64,000 nucleotides of DNA from an uncultured Gammaproteobacteria bacterium. GTDB taxonomy: Bacteria > Patescibacteriota > Microgenomatia > Woykebacterales > RBG-16-39-9b. This document shows, one piece after another, positions 27,730 to 36,326 of the stretch. The position numbers and the translations under genes were made by a program. Below the pieces are notes generated by a model that searched no databases, had not been told where the DNA came from, and worked only from the letters and a program-made list of their open reading frames with translations. The stretch covers positions 260,187 to 324,186 of the forward strand of contig CAYHXX010000001.1 of assembly GCA_964360785.1 (NCBI GenBank), in the 5' to 3' direction. Within the stretch, counting starts at the first letter, position 1, and each line of letters begins with the position of its first letter.

Positions 27730-29021
27730 TAGTTTGTTTTTAATTTTTCCAGCAAGATTCCAGAAAGTTTGTAAATATCCCCGGCTCCCATGTTGATTAC
27801 AATAGCACCATCATGTAGATTCTCAATTAAATAGTTTGCCGTGCTTTCAAAATCTCCAATGTAGCGAACTGAATCTTTCGAGACTTGCTCGACTACATCC
27901 CGACTGGAGATGTTTTCTTTATTTTCCTGTCTGGCGGCAAAAATATCTACTAGAATAATTTGATCAACTGGAAGGTTATTAAAAGTCTCAACAAAATCTT
28001 TTTCTAAATACTTCGTTCGGGAATACATGTGAGGCTGGTATACCAACCAAATTCTTTGATCTGGAAATTTTTCACGAGCAGCCTGTGCAGTCAACCTGAC
28101 CGCAGTCGGATGGTGTCCGTAATCATCAAAAACTTTTATTCCTTTTTCTTCACCTCTAAATTCAAACCGACGTCCAACTCCTCTGAAAGCTTCAAGTGAG
28201 GCTCTTGCAGGCTGCTCAGCAACTCCCAGCAATCTCGCAACCTCGAAGGCAAGGGTGGCGTTTTCTTGATTGAACTCCCCAATTAGCTTCAGGTTAAAAT
28301 TTCTAATTTCAAAATCCTTCCCAAGTTTGAGTTGGTCAGTTCTTTCTTTATCCAGCTCGACATTCTTGCCAATCACTACTTTTCCGTGAGGTTGAGTATT
28401 ATTTATGAATTGCGAGAAGCTTCTTCTTATCTGATCCAAATCCTTGAAATATTCTGGATGATCCATCTCAACTGCGGTTATGACACTAATATAAGGTGAG
28501 TAAAGTAAGAATTTCTCTTGATACTCATCAGCTTCAAGAACAAAATATGCACTCTTACCAATTCGATAATTTCTTCCCCAGTCACTTACAAGCGCACCAA
28601 CCAGTACGCTTGGATCAAAAGCTGCGTCTTCGAGAATTTTACCGATCATGGCAGTGGTAGTGGACTTACCATGGGTACCGGAAACTGCGATAACCTTTTT
28701 ATCCTTGAGAAGGTAGTCGGCGAGAAACTTTTCGCCGATAACAACTGGAATATTTCTTTTATTAGCCTCAGCAATTTCTGAATTTCTTGGGTCTAGGCTC
28801 TCAATTGCGGGGGAAACAACCACTATCTCAATACCTTCCAAATGCTTGGGATCGTGGTTTGAGAGTATTTCGACACTTTCTTTCTTTAAAGATGCTAGAA
28901 ATGGAGAAGTAGTATCTAAATCACAACCAGAGATCTGAAACCCAGCATTCTTTGCAAAAGCTGCAACAGCAGAAATTCCTGCGCCACCAATACCGACAAA
29001 ATGGATTTTTTTAGGTTCCAT
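27729..29021 (-). CDS. murC: UDP-N-acetylmuramate--L-alanine ligase
   Basis: 430 aa with the N-terminal motif IHFVGIGGAGISAVA and a GTHGKSTTT P-loop. Confidence 0.85.
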   Translation of the reverse strand: MEPKKIHFVGIGGAGISAVAAFAKNAGFQISGCDLDTTSPFLASLKKESVEILSNHDPKHLEGIEIVVVSPAIESLDPRNSEIAEANKRNIPVVIGEKFLADYLLKDKKVIAVSGTHGKSTTTAMIGKILEDAAFDPSVLVGALVSDWGRNYRIGKSAYFVLEADEYQEKFLLYSPYISVITAVEMDHPEYFKDLDQIRRSFSQFINNTQPHGKVVIGKNVELDKERTDQLKLGKDFEIRNFNLKLIGEFNQENATLAFEVARLLGVAEQPARASLEAFRGVGRRFEFRGEEKGIKVFDDYGHHPTAVRLTAQAAREKFPDQRIWLVYQPHMYSRTKYLEKDFVETFNNLPVDQIILVDIFAARQENKENISSRDVVEQVSKDSVRYIGDFESTANYLIENLHDGAIVINMGAGDIYKLSGILLEKLKTN

Positions 29022-29760
29022 TTGAACGCTCTTTCATTAGTTTGTTTGCCTTTTGGAGTTCTTCTGGGGTATTAACTCCCACCCACTCATTGTTTGGAAC
29101 TGCAAAACCTAGAACTTTTTCGTTTTGATCAAATGCAGCTTTGATCAGATCTGGCATTATGATTTCACCCTTACCAACTTTGCTGGGCTTCAGTTTTGAA
29201 TAATTAGCATTAAACCAGTCTCTTTCGACAAAGTAAGCAGCAGCATTTACTTCATTGATTTTCTTCTGTTCCTCGGTTGCTGCTTCCTTCTCGACTACGG
29301 CCACAACTTCTCCTCTTTCATCTCGGAGCACTCTGCCAAAAGCACCTGGGTCTTCTAAACAAACGGTTGTGAAGGAAATCTTGTAGTTGCCAGAGGCAGT
29401 AATAAATCTTTCTAAAGTTTCCTTTTTATAAAAAGCACTATCATCTCCTTGAATAATTAATATGTGTGTAAAACCTGGATCAACTTTTTCCTCACCCATC
29501 TTTGCAGCATGTGCTGTTCCCAAGCGGGGTTCTTGCAAGGCAAACTTAACTTTATCCGCAAAAATCTCCTTGATCAGTTCTGCTTTGTAGCCAACTACCA
29601 TAACTTGCTCGTTTATGTTAAGTGAGTCCAACAACTCTACTGTATAAGAAATCATTGGTTTTCCCAATATTTCATAAAGCACCTTTGGTTTCTCAGAGGG
29701 TTGGCCTGCATTCAGTCGTGTTCCTGACCCAGCGGCTAAAATTATGGCGGCAATTCTCAT
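29011..29760 (-). CDS. Sugar-1-phosphate nucleotidyltransferase; GlmU-like uridyltransferase domain only
   Basis: 249 aa with LAAGSGTRL...KVL..LGKPM...QEPRLGTAHA, matching the GlmU N-terminal pyrophosphorylase domain. It lacks the left-handed beta-helix acetyltransferase domain. Confidence 0.6.
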   Translation of the reverse strand: MRIAAIILAAGSGTRLNAGQPSEKPKVLYEILGKPMISYTVELLDSLNINEQVMVVGYKAELIKEIFADKVKFALQEPRLGTAHAAKMGEEKVDPGFTHILIIQGDDSAFYKKETLERFITASGNYKISFTTVCLEDPGAFGRVLRDERGEVVAVVEKEAATEEQKKINEVNAAAYFVERDWFNANYSKLKPSKVGKGEIIMPDLIKAAFDQNEKVLGFAVPNNEWVGVNTPEELQKANKLMKERSNGT

Positions 29761-31034
29761 ATTTGCTTGATCCTTTTCTCTATGGCTTTCTTTGTTTCTT
29801 CAAGATCACTCCATTTGTATTCTTTTCCTGCGATATTCATTGTTTTTTCATGACCTTTACCCAAAATTGCTACTGTGTCCCCTGTTGCAGCTAAGTTGCT
29901 CACAGCTTTGGAAATTGCTTCTGAGCGATTAATGACCTTCCAGTATTTAACATTTATATTACCACCTTCTTTTTCCACACCTTTGGCAATCTGTTCGATA
30001 ATTTTAGCTGGATTTTCTGTCCTTGGATCCTCTGAGGTTAGAATAATCAGGTCAGCAAGTTGTGCAGCGATCTGTCCCATCAGTGTTCTTTTGCTAGGGT
30101 CACGCTCCCCTGCAGCCCCAAAAACACAGATTAGTTTGTTTTTTGTAGTCTTCCTTAAAGTTTTGAGCGCCAACTCAATCGAATGAGGAGTGTGAGCAAA
30201 GTCTATAAAAACCCTAAAATCCTGCCCCCCCAATACTTCTTGCATCCTTCCCTCAACACCAGGAAAGCTGGATATAGCATTCACCAACTTTTTGTCCTCC
30301 AAACCCAAAATTTTACCAATAGCAAAAGTTGTAAGTATATTCAGTAAGTTAAACTCTCCCAAAAGCCGAGAGGAAACGGACAAAGTTTTTAGCTGTTTTT
30401 GCTTTGTACGGTAGTAGATTATGTAGTTGGAAAACTGATCAAACGACTCAATCTCTTCTCCAAAATAATCTGTACCCTGACCTCCAAAACTAACCAGCTG
30501 ACCTGTACCCATCATCTTGAGTTTTTCAAAACTTGGATCCTCGGCATTTAAGACTCTATATTTTACTTTTGAAAGAATTCTGGCCTTGGTAAGAACATAA
30601 TTTTTAAAACTCTTGTGATAATCGAGATGTTCTTGAGTAATATTTGTGATTACGCCGATAAGAAATGGGATAAAAGCAACCCGGTACTGATCCAAACCGT
30701 GAGAGGTGACTTCAAGGACCGCGTATTCCATGCCACTATCTACCATTTTACGCAAATATTTTTGAACAACAAACGCGCTTGGTGTGGTGACGTGAAACCC
30801 AGTTTCATAGGTATTTTCCCCGATCTTTGCTGCGAGTGTTGAGATCATGCCTACTTTTAAGCCAACTTCGTTAAGGACATGGTATGTCAGATTGACCGTC
30901 GTTGTCTTACCATCAGTCCCGGTAACTCCGATAACTTTTAGTTTACGTGCGGGAAAACGAAAAAAAAGTGCCGCAAAAAAGGCAACTATAAAATGGTAGA
31001 TATTCTTAGCAGGCCGAGGAATCCTGTCTTTCAT
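29757..31034 (-). CDS. murE: UDP-N-acetylmuramoyl-L-alanyl-D-glutamate--2,6-diaminopimelate (or L-Lys) ligase
   Basis: 425 aa Mur ligase with a GVTGTDGKTTT P-loop, placed after ftsI as in dcw clusters. Confidence 0.85.
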   Translation of the reverse strand: MKDRIPRPAKNIYHFIVAFFAALFFRFPARKLKVIGVTGTDGKTTTVNLTYHVLNEVGLKVGMISTLAAKIGENTYETGFHVTTPSAFVVQKYLRKMVDSGMEYAVLEVTSHGLDQYRVAFIPFLIGVITNITQEHLDYHKSFKNYVLTKARILSKVKYRVLNAEDPSFEKLKMMGTGQLVSFGGQGTDYFGEEIESFDQFSNYIIYYRTKQKQLKTLSVSSRLLGEFNLLNILTTFAIGKILGLEDKKLVNAISSFPGVEGRMQEVLGGQDFRVFIDFAHTPHSIELALKTLRKTTKNKLICVFGAAGERDPSKRTLMGQIAAQLADLIILTSEDPRTENPAKIIEQIAKGVEKEGGNINVKYWKVINRSEAISKAVSNLAATGDTVAILGKGHEKTMNIAGKEYKWSDLEETKKAIEKRIKQI

Positions 31035-31058
31035 TAAAGTTTTTCTAAATACTGGGAA

Positions 31059-31092
31059 ATTTTAGCATAGCTTCAGCTCCTATTCAAATCAA
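31059..31092 (-). promoter_or_regulatory. Candidate internal promoter upstream of murE (TTGATT-17-TATGCTAAAAT, minus strand)
   Basis: The ftsI-murE intergenic region on the minus strand reads TTGATTtgaataggagctgaagcTATGCTAAAAT. Confidence 0.25.
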
Positions 31093-31099
31093 CTTTTTT

Positions 31100-32878
31100 T
31101 TAATTATTTATCGCTATTCCCCAATAGCTGTAGAGATCGGAAGCGATCTTAAAGAAAGTGGGCTCGGCTGTTTCTGCCCCATAGATAGGAACCGGCTCAA
31201 CGTATTTTACTATCATGACAAACCTCGGATCTTCTACCGGCCCAAATCCGATAAACGAAGCCACCGTTTTACTTGGGTCGTACCTTCCATTCAGCGGGAT
31301 TTGTGCTGTGCCAGTCTTTCCACCAACTCTCATCCCTTTGGGAATAATTCTCTTCGCTTCCCCCTGTTCGACGGCGGAAAGCAGCATTTCTCGCATCTTG
31401 ACCGCGGTCTCTTTTTTGAGAACAGTTCGTAAAACCTTGGGAGAATTCTCAATTTCCTTATCCTTGGATATAATTTTCTTAACAACATACGGTCGCATCA
31501 GTTTTCCGTCATTAGCAATCACGGAAAAGGCATTTACCATTTGCAGGGCTGTAACAGACAAACCTTGACCAAAACCTCCAGTGGCCAAGTCGATCTCCCC
31601 CCAATCTTGGTTCTTTTTCAATAAACCGGTTTCCTCGCCTTGCAAATCAATACCCGTAGTAGTTCCAAACCCAAAATCCCTCACTGCTTTAATAAACTTC
31701 TCCTTTCCCAACTGCTGTGCCCAAAAAGCAGCCCCAATGTTGTCAGAATGCTGGAGTATCTGGGCCATTGTCGAGTTTGGAGAGTATTTGTTGTTCCAGG
31801 TTTGGACTTCATACTCGGCGATTTTTAGCGGGCCAGCACAAGGACAGATTGTTTCTGGTTTCACTATCCCCGAATCAAGCGCTGCCGCAGCTGTCACACC
31901 TTTGAAAGTTGAACCTGGCTCATAAACATCGCTGATTGCGTTGTTTTTCCGTATCTTATCTTCGAATTGATCCCATTTTAGTGGATCGTAACTAGGATAG
32001 TTTGCTAGAGCAAGTATTTCACCAGTCTTCGGATCCATTACAATTGCTGACGCATGCTTGGCACCATATTTCTTAGCGCCGTCAAAAAGATATTTTTCAA
32101 CTGTATATTGCACTGTCCGATCAATAGTTGTTTGGATATCCAAACCCTGTTTTGGTTGAGAACCCGCGTCTTCGAGAGAAATTATTGGTTTACCAGAGGC
32201 GTCAACTTCTTGAGTTAGCGTCCCTGATTGACCCTGCAACTGATCCTGGTAAAAACCCTCCAGCCCAAAATAGCCACGATCGTTGCCTTCACTATCCTTC
32301 CCAACAAACCCGAGTAGGAATCCGCCTAAAGAACCTTCTGGGTAAAATCTTCGATTCTGCTCCTCAAACCCTAGACCTTTAATATCAATTTTCTTGATCT
32401 CTTCTGCGGAATTTTGTGAAAGTTTACGAAATAGTGGTACCCACACTAGGCTTTGTTTGGATAGTTTGTCGGTCATGTCGTTCCTGAGGTTTGCTTCGAT
32501 TGTTTCTTTTTCTTTCTTGGAAAGTTTCTCGGGCTCAACTTTCTGAGAGATAGTCTCTTTGTAGAGAATGGGGGTAAGTTTATCAACTATTTCTTTTACC
32601 TTATCAACGTATTTTTGGCTTTTGCCAAGGTTCTTTTCTATCTCAGGAATCATCGCGAATAAAAGGTAGGCTTTCTGATTGCCCGCAAGGATATTACCAT
32701 CAGCTGAAAGTATCCTCCCGCGAGGAGAATCTATTCTAATTGTGGTCAGGTGTTGCTCAGTTGCGGCTTCTGCTAGTTCGTTGTAATTTAGAACTTGCCA
32801 ATAGAACAGTCTTCCTACGAGTGCAAAAAGGAGTAGAAAGAAGAATAGTTTTAGGAAATTAAGTCGCCAGGTTTTCAC
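31100..32878 (-). CDS. ftsI: Penicillin-binding protein 2B/FtsI-type peptidoglycan D,D-transpeptidase
   Basis: 592 aa with an N-terminal TM helix, a dimerisation domain and the transpeptidase motifs STFK, SDN and KTGT. Confidence 0.85.
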   Translation of the reverse strand: MKTWRLNFLKLFFFLLLFALVGRLFYWQVLNYNELAEAATEQHLTTIRIDSPRGRILSADGNILAGNQKAYLLFAMIPEIEKNLGKSQKYVDKVKEIVDKLTPILYKETISQKVEPEKLSKKEKETIEANLRNDMTDKLSKQSLVWVPLFRKLSQNSAEEIKKIDIKGLGFEEQNRRFYPEGSLGGFLLGFVGKDSEGNDRGYFGLEGFYQDQLQGQSGTLTQEVDASGKPIISLEDAGSQPKQGLDIQTTIDRTVQYTVEKYLFDGAKKYGAKHASAIVMDPKTGEILALANYPSYDPLKWDQFEDKIRKNNAISDVYEPGSTFKGVTAAAALDSGIVKPETICPCAGPLKIAEYEVQTWNNKYSPNSTMAQILQHSDNIGAAFWAQQLGKEKFIKAVRDFGFGTTTGIDLQGEETGLLKKNQDWGEIDLATGGFGQGLSVTALQMVNAFSVIANDGKLMRPYVVKKIISKDKEIENSPKVLRTVLKKETAVKMREMLLSAVEQGEAKRIIPKGMRVGGKTGTAQIPLNGRYDPSKTVASFIGFGPVEDPRFVMIVKYVEPVPIYGAETAEPTFFKIASDLYSYWGIAINN

Positions 32879-32981
32879 TAGGTCTACTTTCTGAGGTAAG
32901 AACTAATACCATGCTTATTACTATAACCTTTTTCAGCATGATATAACTGTCTTTATAATTTCGTGACAGATCTTTGTATTT

Positions 32982-33320
32982 TCACTGTCCCAAAGCAACG
33001 CTCGAACCTAGTCTGACAACTTCTACTTTACCTTGTTTGACCATACCAATCTCTGAAGCTTTACCTTCAATATAACCCAAGGAGGATTTTTGTGAGAGTT
33101 GGTTTTCCAAACTTGCATTTTCTTCTTTCAAATCTTCTATCTTTCTTTCTGAAAGTGAGACTCTTTCTCCAGAAATCGCCAACTGATTTGAGAAGTAAAT
33201 TCTCGCAGTCAACAATCCAATTGTTACGAGTAATAATGCTGTTACTAGTTTGGGGTAAACAAAGAAACTTTGGGTACGCGAAGCTACATTTTGAATTGTT
33301 TGTCGTTTTATTAATTTCAT
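32982..33320 (-). CDS. ftsL: FtsL-like cell division protein (bitopic, coiled coil)
   Basis: 112 aa with a single TM helix followed by a leucine-zipper-like coiled coil (IEDLKEENASLENQLSQ). It lies between rsmH and ftsI. Confidence 0.5.
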   Translation of the reverse strand: MKLIKRQTIQNVASRTQSFFVYPKLVTALLLVTIGLLTARIYFSNQLAISGERVSLSERKIEDLKEENASLENQLSQKSSLGYIEGKASEIGMVKQGKVEVVRLGSSVALGQ

Positions 33321-33398
33321 AGGCAGGATCCTCAGTTAACAGACAGCAGTCAACAGTTAGCAGTGATTCCAAACTGCTCTCTGTTCACGGCTAACGGC

Positions 33399-34334
33399 TT
33401 ACTGACGCTCGGCGACTCTCATCTTCACACTACGTGATCTTCTGTTTTCACTTAGCTCAGTTTCGCTCGGAACAACCGGTTTCTCAGTCAAAGACTTTAA
33501 TTCTTGTGAGTCACGGATAAATTCTTTTACTATCCGATCCTCCAGTGAGTGGAAGCTCAAAACTACCAACCGCGCACCAAGCTTCATCTGTTTCACCGCT
33601 TTCGGCAATGCAACCTTGAGTGCATTAAGTTCATCATTGACGGCTATTCGCAGAGCCATGAAAACTTTCGTTGCCGGGTCGATATCTCCTTTCCAGTTCT
33701 TACTAACCTCCTTGACTATTTTGGCCAAGTCCTCTGTTGTCTCAATCCTTCTTTCTAGTCTGCTTCTGACGATATTACGAGCAATAGGTCTTGCATTACT
33801 GACTTCGCCCAACCGAGAAAATAACTCATAAAGTTCTCCTTCGTTCAAACCATTAATAAGATCACTAGCCTTAACTGTTAGACTCTGGTCCATTCTCATA
33901 TCCAAGGGGCCTACCTTTGCAAAACTAAAACCCCTTTCAGGGGTGTCAAACATATAGCTAGAGACTCCCAAATCAAACAGCACACCCCCAACCTTTTCTA
34001 CTCCTACTTGAGATAGTGCAACGTCAAGGTTTTGGAAATTTTCCTTGATGATTTTTAAACTACTACCTGGTGCTACCCAAACCCCATCTGTCTCCACAAG
34101 ATCAAACTTCTTCCTTGCGTTTTCTATCGCGTCCTCATCTATGTCCAAAGCAATTACCTTTCCGGCAAATTTTAGAATCCCTTCTGTATGACCACCACCT
34201 CCCAAAGTACAGTCTAGGTAGGTTTCGTTTGGGATAATGTTCAGAGCCTCTAAAACCTCGCTGAAAAGAACACTTTTGTGGTAATTATCTTGATTCATTT
34301 TCTTAGATTCCTTCTTCTGAGAATTTCTCTGCAA
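33399..34334 (-). CDS. rsmH: 16S rRNA (cytosine1402-N4)-methyltransferase
   Basis: 311 aa with YHKSVLFSEVLEAL and DCTLGGGGH SAM-binding motifs, the MraW family. Confidence 0.9.
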   Translation of the reverse strand: MQRNSQKKESKKMNQDNYHKSVLFSEVLEALNIIPNETYLDCTLGGGGHTEGILKFAGKVIALDIDEDAIENARKKFDLVETDGVWVAPGSSLKIIKENFQNLDVALSQVGVEKVGGVLFDLGVSSYMFDTPERGFSFAKVGPLDMRMDQSLTVKASDLINGLNEGELYELFSRLGEVSNARPIARNIVRSRLERRIETTEDLAKIVKEVSKNWKGDIDPATKVFMALRIAVNDELNALKVALPKAVKQMKLGARLVVLSFHSLEDRIVKEFIRDSQELKSLTEKPVVPSETELSENRRSRSVKMRVAERQ

Positions 34335-34734
34335 TTTCCTCCCCTTTCTCGTTCAATTTTTTATTTAATAGAGTAAATTTCTTCTTTGACCAAATTTCTA
34401 CTCGGTTCAGAACACCCAGAATAACAATTTCTTTTTCCAACTTGGCGTAATCTACTAAATAATCAGGGATTGTTATTCTACCTAAACTGTCAAAAGTTAC
34501 TTCCGTAGCTGCGCTAAATAAATATCGAGAAAAATCTCGAGCATCTACTGCTGTCAGAGGAAGTTCCTTGATTCGACTGCTTAGCTCTTGCCAGTCAAGT
34601 TTGGAATAGAGAAATAGACAACCATCCAAACCAGTTGTGAGAATCGCTCCACTTTTGAGTTGGTCACGAAACTTCTTAGGTACGGATGTTCTGCTCTTGT
34701 AGTCTAAACTGTGAAAATATCGACCTAGAAACAA
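34303..34734 (-). CDS. mraZ: Transcriptional regulator MraZ
   Basis: 143 aa beginning MFLGRYFHSLDYKSR, with the duplicated MraZ/SpoVT-AbrB-like domain. It is the first gene of the dcw cluster. Confidence 0.85.
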   Translation of the reverse strand: MFLGRYFHSLDYKSRTSVPKKFRDQLKSGAILTTGLDGCLFLYSKLDWQELSSRIKELPLTAVDARDFSRYLFSAATEVTFDSLGRITIPDYLVDYAKLEKEIVILGVLNRVEIWSKKKFTLLNKKLNEKGEEIAEKFSEEGI

Positions 34735-34777
34735 CTTTCTCTACAGAAAGAGCAGGTTTTTCAGCCTCAAAATATTA

Positions 34778-34812
34778 GTACTTCTTAAAAATTTAAAGTG
34801 CTTAAGAAGTAC
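34778..34812. promoter_or_regulatory. Perfect 11-bp inverted repeat (GTACTTCTTAA-N13-TTAAGAAGTAC) 44-78 bp upstream of mraZ
   Basis: Read directly from the sequence. It lies in the 300-bp mraZ/HAD intergenic region and is a candidate operator or hairpin in the Pmra region. Confidence 0.4.
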
Positions 34813-34823
34813 GCCGCTGTCCA

Positions 34824-34852
34824 GGTGGCAGGTAACGTGGGTTAGGGATGGT
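34824..34852 (-). promoter_or_regulatory. GTGG(G/C) repeat cluster; candidate MraZ boxes
   Basis: GGTGGCAGGTAACGTGGGTTAGGGATGG contains three GTGG/TGGG-type repeats at roughly 10-12 nt spacing, upstream of mraZ. Confidence 0.25.
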
Positions 34853-35038
34853 AATCTTCCACTCTTTACCACTTTTTTCCCTTTTTCACCACTGGACTAA
34901 TTCTAAGACCATATTTGAACCTAGTCAAGCCACTACATGTCCGATCGGGAAAAGTTACAGGATACAAAATGTTGTGTTGGAATCCCAAAGTCTTAAATGT
35001 TATCATTTTTCTTATAAAATTATTTCTGAAATTAACTT

Positions 35039-35485
35039 ATGTTTAAGGTTGCAATTTTTGACTACGGACACACTTTTCTTGACAACGAAAATGCACAACT
35101 CTACAAAGGCGCAGAGAAGGTGCTCGAATATCTTGATGAGAAAGGGGTAAAGCTTGCTCTGGTGAGTGGGACCAACCAAGAGGAGTTTCGCCGGCAGCAG
35201 TTAAACGAGTTCGGAATCTATCCTTATTTTAGTTATATCGACTTCTTACCACATTCTGACAACAAGAACTTTCAACCTATTCTTGAACAGTTTAAAGTGA
35301 AACCCGAAGAAGTACTTGTCATAGGTGATCGCATTACCAGCGAGATTACTGAAGCCAAAAAACTGGGCATAAAAACTTGCAGAATCTTAAGCGGACCTGA
35401 GAAAAATCATGTACCTGAAAACGAATTTGAAACTCCCGATTTTACAATTGAGGAGCTGATCGAAGTCATACATCTTTTTAGTTAG
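35039..35485 (+). CDS. HAD-superfamily hydrolase (phosphatase-like)
   Basis: 148 aa with motif I IFDYGHTF (DxG/D-type), motif II SGT and the C-terminal GDRITSE...K motif III/IV. Confidence 0.6.
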   Translation: MFKVAIFDYGHTFLDNENAQLYKGAEKVLEYLDEKGVKLALVSGTNQEEFRRQQLNEFGIYPYFSYIDFLPHSDNKNFQPILEQFKVKPEEVLVIGDRITSEITEAKKLGIKTCRILSGPEKNHVPENEFETPDFTIEELIEVIHLFS

Positions 35486-35541
35486 GTACTGCTTATTTGC
35501 ACCCGAACTTATTGCTGTCATAATATAGACATTAAGCGGAT

Positions 35542-36021
35542 ATGGAAAATTCAAAACAAGCTTCTTACAAACCATTGCTAGTCAAGATACTTCAATGGTT
35601 TTATTTATTACTCGCTCTTGGCTCTTTTACCGGAGTATTTTTCTACCAAAATCTATCTTTTGTACCATCACTAGGATTTGCAAACGAGTTTATCATTGGA
35701 ATATTTGTGGCTGTAATCTTCTATTGCCTACTACTGGCGTTATCTTTTTTTCTGCAAAACACAAACTTACTGATTCTGTCTCTGGTCTTGATTTTTTTCA
35801 GCACGATTGGTAGCTTATTGATGTTGGTGGTTGCGTTGCCAAACGCTCAAGAGGTAATTTCTGGAAATCTCCCGGAATGCGCAAAGAACTTAGCCTCTTG
35901 TACCGCAGGTGAGGGGATCGTGGTTGCCTCAGCTGCTCTGTTGGCAGTTTCCATACCAACCCTGCTACTAAATATTTTAACTATTGTCGGTGCGGTTAAG
36001 GGAATCGCTGCTACCGACTAG
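35542..36021 (+). CDS. Hypothetical polytopic membrane protein
   Basis: 159 aa with 4-5 hydrophobic helices. No recognisable motif. Confidence 0.35.
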   Translation: MENSKQASYKPLLVKILQWFYLLLALGSFTGVFFYQNLSFVPSLGFANEFIIGIFVAVIFYCLLLALSFFLQNTNLLILSLVLIFFSTIGSLLMLVVALPNAQEVISGNLPECAKNLASCTAGEGIVVASAALLAVSIPTLLLNILTIVGAVKGIAATD

Positions 36022-36056
36022 TTGAAAAGGAAAATAGGCCCGAGTAAAATAAAATT

Positions 36057-36326
36057 ATGATTGGCTTTGTTGCTGGGTTTATTCTGGCTCTTGGGTTAAT
36101 TGGACTAACCCGTGTTACTCAAAATGTACTGGCACTCGCAGTAATTGCTACAATTCTCAAGTTTGGTATTTCCTTCTTAGTAAACCCAAACTCCACCTGG
36201 GAAATTTATCTTTTTGGCCTAGCCGTAATATTTGTTGTTAGGTTAGTGGTATTTTGGCTTTTGGTGAGGTTTGAGGATTCATTTATTGTTAAGTTTCTTG
36301 CTATTATAGCCTTAACCTTATTTTAA
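36057..36326 (+). CDS. Hypothetical small membrane protein
   Basis: 89 aa with three hydrophobic segments. Confidence 0.3.
   Translation: MIGFVAGFILALGLIGLTRVTQNVLALAVIATILKFGISFLVNPNSTWEIYLFGLAVIFVVRLVVFWLLVRFEDSFIVKFLAIIALTLF

Noticed and set aside
34848-35150. 100-aa plus-strand ORF spanning the mraZ upstream region into the HAD gene
   Set aside because: It overlaps the HAD hydrolase start out of frame and shows no similarity. The region is better explained as regulatory DNA.
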